Assembly (NCBI GenBank): GCA_964619545.1
Contig: CAZUED010000001.1
Coordinates: 49,898-113,897 of the forward strand
Source: an uncultured Muribaculaceae bacterium
Lineage (GTDB): Bacteria; Pseudomonadota; Alphaproteobacteria; Rs-D84
Direction: 5' to 3'
DNA length: 64,000 nucleotides
The notes under the pieces were generated by a model. That model had not been told where the DNA came from. It saw only the letters and a program-made list of their open reading frames with translations, and made no database searches. Positions within the stretch are counted from its first letter, which is position 1; every line of letters starts with the position of its first letter. Made by a program: the position numbers and the translations under genes. Of this stretch, positions 58,920 to 64,000 are shown one piece after another.

Positions 58920-60485
58920 ATGTTCAAAAAAATCGCAATAATACTTGTTGCTGTCTTCGGAGTTTTGCTGGCTGTGCCGACCATTTTTCCGGCCACGACA
59001 AAGCACTTTCCATCATGGGTTCATCCGATTTCATTGGGATTGGATTTGAAGGGTGGTGCCCAGTTGTTGTTAGAGGTTGATACCCAAACTATGCTGCGCG
59101 AAAAGTCTATTCAGCTTTATGACGGCGCACGTTCGTCATTAATTAACCGCGATAAAGGTGTTATCAGATTTTCAGATTTGCGTAATGTCGATGGCAAAGT
59201 TTCCTTGAATGTGCGTGATTCTGCCGATGTTTCCAAGGCTCGCGGCCGTCTGCGGTCCGAGCTGGGCGATGGTGTAGATATAGATGTTAATGGTAATCAG
59301 ATTGTTCTTTCATACTCGGAAAAGCAGCGCGAACAAATGGTAAATGATGCGCTGGCTCGCAGTATTGAAATTGTTCGCCGTCGTATTGATGCGCTGGGAA
59401 CAAAAGAGCCATCTATTCAATCCCAAGGTGGAAAATATATTTTGGTCCAACTGCCAGGTGTGGATAATCCAGAGCGTATAAAAGAGATGATTGGGCAAAC
59501 GGCCAAGATGACATTTCATCTTGTAAACGAAAGTGTTTCTGCCGAGGCAATCGCCAGTGGTCGCGCCCCATCTGGAACCGAATTTTTGCCTTTGATGGGA
59601 TCGCCAAATCAAGTCGTTCCTGTTTATTCTCGCGTTGAAGTTTCTGGTGAATCATTGACTGATTCTCAGGCTGACTTTGACCAAAACAATATGCCGGTTG
59701 TAACGACTGTTTTTGATACGACTGGTGCACGCCGATTTGCGAGATTGACAACCGAGCATGTTGGAGAACGTTTCGCAATCGTATTGGATGGCAAGGTTCT
59801 TTCTGCGCCGACCATACGCGAGCCAATCCCGGGTGGCCGTGGTCAGATTTCCGGTGGGTTTTCACTGCAAGGCGCAAAAGATTTGGCGGTTTTGCTGCGT
59901 AGCGGCGCGCTACCTGCACCGCTTCGCGTAATTGAAGAACGTTCGGTTGGTGCTGGTCTGGGGGCAGATACTATTGATTCTGGTAAGATGGGTTCGCTTA
60001 TTGGTGTTATATTCGTCATGCTTTTCATGTTATTAGTTTATCGTGAATTTGGTTTGATTGCAGATGTGTCGCTTTTGGTAAATCTGGGTATGATTGTTGG
60101 AATTTCAGCGTTGCTGGGAGCGACACTAACATTACCTGGAATTGCTGGAATTGCATTAACTTTGGGCATGGCGGTTGACGCAAATGTTCTGCCGTTCGAG
60201 AGAATACGCGATGAAATGCGTGCTGGCAGCAGTCCTGTGCGTGCGATAGATGCGGGATTCGATCGTGCATTTAAAACCGTTTTGGATGCGAATATAACCA
60301 CACTTATTTGCGCATTGGTTCTGTTCCAATTTGGTGCAGGCCCAATACGCGGTTTTGCTGTAACTTTATCCATAGGCGTTATTACAACATTGTTCACTTG
60401 TATATCTTTGTCACGCATGATGATTGAAATGTATATGGGTGGGAAAAACAAGCGCATAAGCTTTATCAGTGGCAAAAACAAATAA
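58920..60485 (+). CDS. secD: Protein translocase subunit SecD
   Basis: Large periplasmic domain plus a C-terminal six-TM bundle; LGLDLKGG motif. Confidence 0.93.
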   Translation: MFKKIAIILVAVFGVLLAVPTIFPATTKHFPSWVHPISLGLDLKGGAQLLLEVDTQTMLREKSIQLYDGARSSLINRDKGVIRFSDLRNVDGKVSLNVRDSADVSKARGRLRSELGDGVDIDVNGNQIVLSYSEKQREQMVNDALARSIEIVRRRIDALGTKEPSIQSQGGKYILVQLPGVDNPERIKEMIGQTAKMTFHLVNESVSAEAIASGRAPSGTEFLPLMGSPNQVVPVYSRVEVSGESLTDSQADFDQNNMPVVTTVFDTTGARRFARLTTEHVGERFAIVLDGKVLSAPTIREPIPGGRGQISGGFSLQGAKDLAVLLRSGALPAPLRVIEERSVGAGLGADTIDSGKMGSLIGVIFVMLFMLLVYREFGLIADVSLLVNLGMIVGISALLGATLTLPGIAGIALTLGMAVDANVLPFERIRDEMRAGSSPVRAIDAGFDRAFKTVLDANITTLICALVLFQFGAGPIRGFAVTLSIGVITTLFTCISLSRMMIEMYMGGKNKRISFISGKNK

Positions 60486-60496
60486 AGGAAAAATAA

Positions 60497-61357
60497 ATGA
60501 CTTTGCATTTTATGAAATACAGAAAATTGTCGTATTGGATTTCTGGCGCGCTGGTTATTCTTTCCATAGTAGCCCTTGCTACCAAGGGTCTGAATTATGG
60601 AATTGATTTCGCAGGCGGTATTTCAATGGAGGTCAGACCCGTAGCGGCAGATTATACATTGGACAAGATGCGTAACGATTTGGCCGCATTTAATCCTGAG
60701 TTGCAAAACGATTCAGCTGGAAATGTTATGGTTCGTATAGGACTGGAAAAGGACGCGACCGAAGATCAGCAGAACAAGGCTGTGTCCGACATCAAAAACA
60801 TTTTTGGTGATCGCGTTACATATAACCAGGTTCAAATTGTCGGACCAAAAATCGGTGGAGAATTGATTCAAGGCGGAATCTTGGCCATTTTCTTTTCATT
60901 TATTTTGATGAGTCTTTATATCTGGATTCGGTACAAGGGCGGGTATGCAATAGGATCATTGGTATCTTTGGTGCTGGACTTTGTTTTGATGTTCGGTTTT
61001 TTCAGTATTGCGGGCCTTGAATTTAATCAGACTGCAATCGCCGTAATCTTGACAGGTATAGGTTATTCCGTCAACGACAAGGTTGTTAACTATGACCGAA
61101 TAGAGGAAAACGCAAAGCGTTATCACAAAATGCCCCAGGCAGAATTAATAGATCTTTCGGTAAATGAAATGTTGCAGCGCACAATTTTGACCGGAATAAC
61201 AGTTTTGTTGTCCATGACTGCGCTGTATTTCTTTGCTGGTGAGGTTTTGCGTGAATTCGCATTAGCAATGATTTTCTGCGTAATTATGGGAACTTTGACA
61301 TCAGTTTATATTTCTAATGTTGTTCTTTATCATTTTAATTTAAGAAGTGATAACTAG
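60497..61357 (+). CDS. secF: Protein translocase subunit SecF
   Basis: GIDFAGG motif, the SecF TM bundle, adjacent to secD. Confidence 0.93.
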   Translation: MTLHFMKYRKLSYWISGALVILSIVALATKGLNYGIDFAGGISMEVRPVAADYTLDKMRNDLAAFNPELQNDSAGNVMVRIGLEKDATEDQQNKAVSDIKNIFGDRVTYNQVQIVGPKIGGELIQGGILAIFFSFILMSLYIWIRYKGGYAIGSLVSLVLDFVLMFGFFSIAGLEFNQTAIAVILTGIGYSVNDKVVNYDRIEENAKRYHKMPQAELIDLSVNEMLQRTILTGITVLLSMTALYFFAGEVLREFALAMIFCVIMGTLTSVYISNVVLYHFNLRSDN

Positions 61358-61384
61358 ATGACAGAGTACAAAAAGGAATAAAAA

Positions 61385-62890
61385 ATGAAAAAATTATTTT
61401 TAATTTTCGCTTTTTGTATTATGCCTTTTGCTGTGCCAGCGGCCCAGTTATTTGAACAAGAAACCGATGTTGTTGGTGAAATTCAGGTGCATCAGGCTTC
61501 TGTATTTTTTGCAGAAGTTTTCCAAAAATTATCAGCTGTAAATTTCGCCGGTAAAGATATGCGGGTTGCACTGGAATCTTTGGAAACTTTATCGCCAAAG
61601 GTTAAAATTGCTTTGACCGATTATCGAGTGATAATTATTCGCGATGATGAAATTATCGGAAATTGGCCACGTCCTGTTGATGGTGATTGGCAAGGATATG
61701 GTGAAATAGCAACTGCTTTGCTGTTGAAAATTCGTGAATCCGATCAAGGGTTCGCAAATCAACCACAGGGTATTATTTATTCTATGGCTGTCGCGGCAAT
61801 AACCCATAGCTTGGACGCAAATGGACACTATGTGGCAACAATCGCCGATGATGGTAAAGTTCTGACCAGTGCCGGATTGGACGGCAAGCGCGACAGCAAG
61901 GGAAATTGGCGCGTTACTGGGGTCATCAAAGGATCCCAGGCCGACATTGCCGGAATAAATGATGGCGACCTGATTATTGGAATCAATGGCGAAGAAGTAA
62001 AAAAACTTTCTGATTCCGAATTGGCCGCGGCATTTGCAGGGTTTAATTCTGGTACATTGAAATTAAAAGTTGCAACCCCGACTGGCACAAACAATGTAGT
62101 TTTGAGACGTGCCAGTGTTGTTCTGACGGATGCGGATATAGTTTTTCGTGGAAAAAATGAACAGAATAAAGACATCAGTATTCTGGAAATTATAATTTAC
62201 AATATTTCTGAAAACTCGGTCGCAATAGTTAATCAGGCTCTTGCAAAATATGCAGATGCAAATGGAATAATTTTGGATTTGCGGAACGCACGTGGCGGGG
62301 ACGAACGCGCAGCAACTAAAATGGCTGGGCTTTTCCTGGGTGGTGTACCTGTTATGAGAATAGATGACGGAACTGGTGAAGAGATGGAAGTTATTCCAGG
62401 TGGCAGCGCCGTGACTGATGCACCAGTGGTCATTCTGGTATCAAATCAGACACAGGGTACAGCCGAGGCAGTTGCATTGGCGTTTAATGAAAACGCACGC
62501 GGTGCGTTGGTTGGTATGCCAACATCTGGTAAAGCGCGATTGGTTACAAGAATAGATTTAACTGGTGGTGGAATTATCGAGCTGGGCAACCGACGCATAA
62601 AAAGCGGTCGCGGCATGGAGATAGATGGTCGCGGAGTCTTTCCACTGGTTTGTCTTTCCAACATTCGCAATGGCGTACAACAAGATGCCTTTCTGACCAA
62701 TGTAATAAATGGTGATTTTAAAGCAAAAGATTTTAATTCAGATTCTTCTGTTGGTTCAGATGCAATTCGCAGGGGTTGTCCAGCCATAAAATCAGGCGCA
62801 GATGAAGATGCCGTAGCAGCAGCCATAGCAATGAAGATTCTGACAGACAATCCAACTTATCAAAAGTTGATGGAAAATGTTTCTGAATAA
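61385..62890 (+). CDS. ctpA: Carboxy-terminal processing protease (S41 peptidase with PDZ domain)
   Basis: Signal peptide, PDZ GDLIIGINGEEV, S41 catalytic region ILDLRNARGGDE...K. Confidence 0.75.
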   Translation: MKKLFLIFAFCIMPFAVPAAQLFEQETDVVGEIQVHQASVFFAEVFQKLSAVNFAGKDMRVALESLETLSPKVKIALTDYRVIIIRDDEIIGNWPRPVDGDWQGYGEIATALLLKIRESDQGFANQPQGIIYSMAVAAITHSLDANGHYVATIADDGKVLTSAGLDGKRDSKGNWRVTGVIKGSQADIAGINDGDLIIGINGEEVKKLSDSELAAAFAGFNSGTLKLKVATPTGTNNVVLRRASVVLTDADIVFRGKNEQNKDISILEIIIYNISENSVAIVNQALAKYADANGIILDLRNARGGDERAATKMAGLFLGGVPVMRIDDGTGEEMEVIPGGSAVTDAPVVILVSNQTQGTAEAVALAFNENARGALVGMPTSGKARLVTRIDLTGGGIIELGNRRIKSGRGMEIDGRGVFPLVCLSNIRNGVQQDAFLTNVINGDFKAKDFNSDSSVGSDAIRRGCPAIKSGADEDAVAAAIAMKILTDNPTYQKLMENVSE

Positions 62891-63524
62891 AGACAACACT
62901 TTTCGTTGGAAATGGTTTTTTATTGCCGCGGCGTTTGTGGCGGCGTTGTGCATCATTGGTGTGCTTTGGTTGGATGTACCGCTTTTCTTTTTCTTGCGGC
63001 GCTTTAACGGCACCTTGCCACAGGTTATGGATTTGGTTTTTGCTTTCAAGTCATGGGTTGTTGCAACTGGTGCAGCATTAGCGGCTGTTTTAATAATCAA
63101 ATTTATAAAGACCAAAGCATACAGCATAGATAAAGTAAAAAAATTATTAAAAACCCCAATAGTTTTTAATTTAATTCGGGTTCTTTCTGCCGTTGTTATG
63201 GCGGGCGTAATTGGTGGGGCGCTGAAATTTGCCATTGGTCGGATGAGGCCGGTATTTTTAGAAACCCTGGGGCAGACTGGATTTTATCCGTTCACAAATG
63301 AATGGGCGTTTAATTCTATGCCGTCTGGGCATGCGATGGCGTCATTCGCAGGCTTGGTCATGATTGGTTTATTGAATCCGAAATGGAAATGGCTGACCTG
63401 GACTTTTGCCATTGTTATTGGTGTTTCAAGAATTGCTATTGGTGACCATTTCCCAAGTGATGTTTTGTTTGGCGCTTTTATCGGAATGGTATGCGCGGAC
63501 TTTGTCCGCAGCCGGTTGCGTTGA
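62877..63524 (+). CDS. PAP2-family phosphatase (PgpB/undecaprenyl-diphosphatase-like)
   Basis: KFAIGRMRP, PSGHA, SRIAIGDHFPSDV (the three PAP2 motifs). Confidence 0.8.
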   Translation: MFLNKDNTFRWKWFFIAAAFVAALCIIGVLWLDVPLFFFLRRFNGTLPQVMDLVFAFKSWVVATGAALAAVLIIKFIKTKAYSIDKVKKLLKTPIVFNLIRVLSAVVMAGVIGGALKFAIGRMRPVFLETLGQTGFYPFTNEWAFNSMPSGHAMASFAGLVMIGLLNPKWKWLTWTFAIVIGVSRIAIGDHFPSDVLFGAFIGMVCADFVRSRLR

Positions 63525-63587
63525 TGGCTAGGGACTTGCCACTGATGGCTGTTTGTGATATAATTCCGGTAGATTTAAGGATTAAAT

Positions 63588-64000
63588 ATGAAACAGCTTT
63601 ATTTCGTTTTCGCTGCAACCGCAGGGGTTGCTTTGGTCGCCGGTGCTGCCGGTGCTGCGACAAATTATTCCAATATATCTAAACGACATGAGCTTTATCA
63701 AAGCTATACCGGATGTAATTACTCGGGGTGCAGGGCCACGCCAGCTGTGATTAAAACGCAAGAGGTCACACGCAAACAAACGATTCGCAGGGCCAGCGCA
63801 CCAAACCAGCTGACACTGGCAGATCCTTTTTTTCAACCGGCCGCCGGTCATGTTGGCAGTTTGACGGATATAGGCTATGCACAAAGCGCATATGATTTCC
63901 AAGTTATTGCAGGAACTGGTCGTTTGGGTGGTGTTGCAGGCGACTGGGAAGCAAGTGAATTTTTTGCCAAGGAAGATTTAAGCGTCGGAATCACAGACGA
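63588..64000 (+). CDS. Outer-membrane / secreted protein, 3'-partial (runs off the window)
   Basis: ATG with signal peptide MKQLYFVFAATAGVALVAGAAGAA; open frame to the window end; porin/beta-barrel-like composition. Not in the ORF track because no stop falls within the window. Confidence 0.4.
   Translation, partial: MKQLYFVFAATAGVALVAGAAGAATNYSNISKRHELYQSYTGCNYSGCRATPAVIKTQEVTRKQTIRRASAPNQLTLADPFFQPAAGHVGSLTDIGYAQSAYDFQVIAGTGRLGGVAGDWEASEFFAKEDLSVGITD

Noticed and set aside
63582-63902. 106-aa minus-strand ORF at the window end
   Set aside because: It overlaps the better-supported plus-strand signal-peptide ORF starting at 63588 and has no SD or motif.

Overview
This window is AT-rich (roughly 38-40% GC by eye) and reads like a small or streamlined alphaproteobacterial chromosome. 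Affiliation is inferred from alpha-type protein signatures (RuvC/YebC, AddB-like, DUF4167, DUF721, KdsB-KdsA); Rickettsiales/Holosporales-like is a guess. Most of it is housekeeping, but usual operons are broken up: fabD-fabG lack acpP, ruvA lacks ruvB, ftsQ-ftsA lack ftsZ, and AddB has no AddA. Recognisable genes in order: fabD (partial), fabG, gyrB, a MazG-like protein, an HhH-GPD glycosylase, ung, tRNA-Met(CAU) and tRNA-Thr(GGU), aspS, an AsmA-like protein, uvrB, tsaE, xthA, an acyl-CoA ligase, secB, mltA, DUF721, ruvC, yebC, ruvA, mnmE, a CDGSH protein, an MFS transporter, recA, an NT5C-like HAD hydrolase, kdsB, kdsA, typA, serS, rluD, LpoA-like/rsmI, engB, an AddB-like nuclease, lolD, lolC, ftsQ, ftsA fused to rpe, a J-domain protein, xerD, lptG-like, greA, mutL, yajC, secD, secF, ctpA, a PAP2 phosphatase and a partial outer-membrane protein. 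The unexplained content is as follows. (1) Three tandem, translationally coupled paralogues of 430-480 aa with type-IV prepilin-like N-termini, two of which share a conserved ~32-aa leader. A secretin-like outer-membrane lipoprotein sits ~9 kb away in an operon with lolCD. Together these suggest a dispersed and unusual pilus- or secretion-like apparatus. (2) A 912-aa secreted protein with 39 cysteines arranged in tandem six-cysteine repeats and two C-terminal glycine-zipper segments, placed where ftsZ would be expected. (3) A secreted protein built from two ~110-aa tandem repeats. (4) A 19-bp direct repeat of the tRNA-Met 3' end flanking a hairpin-rich 150-nt segment, followed by tRNA-Thr and a block of small orphan ORFs. 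(5) An FtsA-Rpe in-frame fusion. No CRISPR array, IS element, phage integrase or rRNA was found. Nothing here was searched against a database; every call rests on motifs I recognise in the translations.
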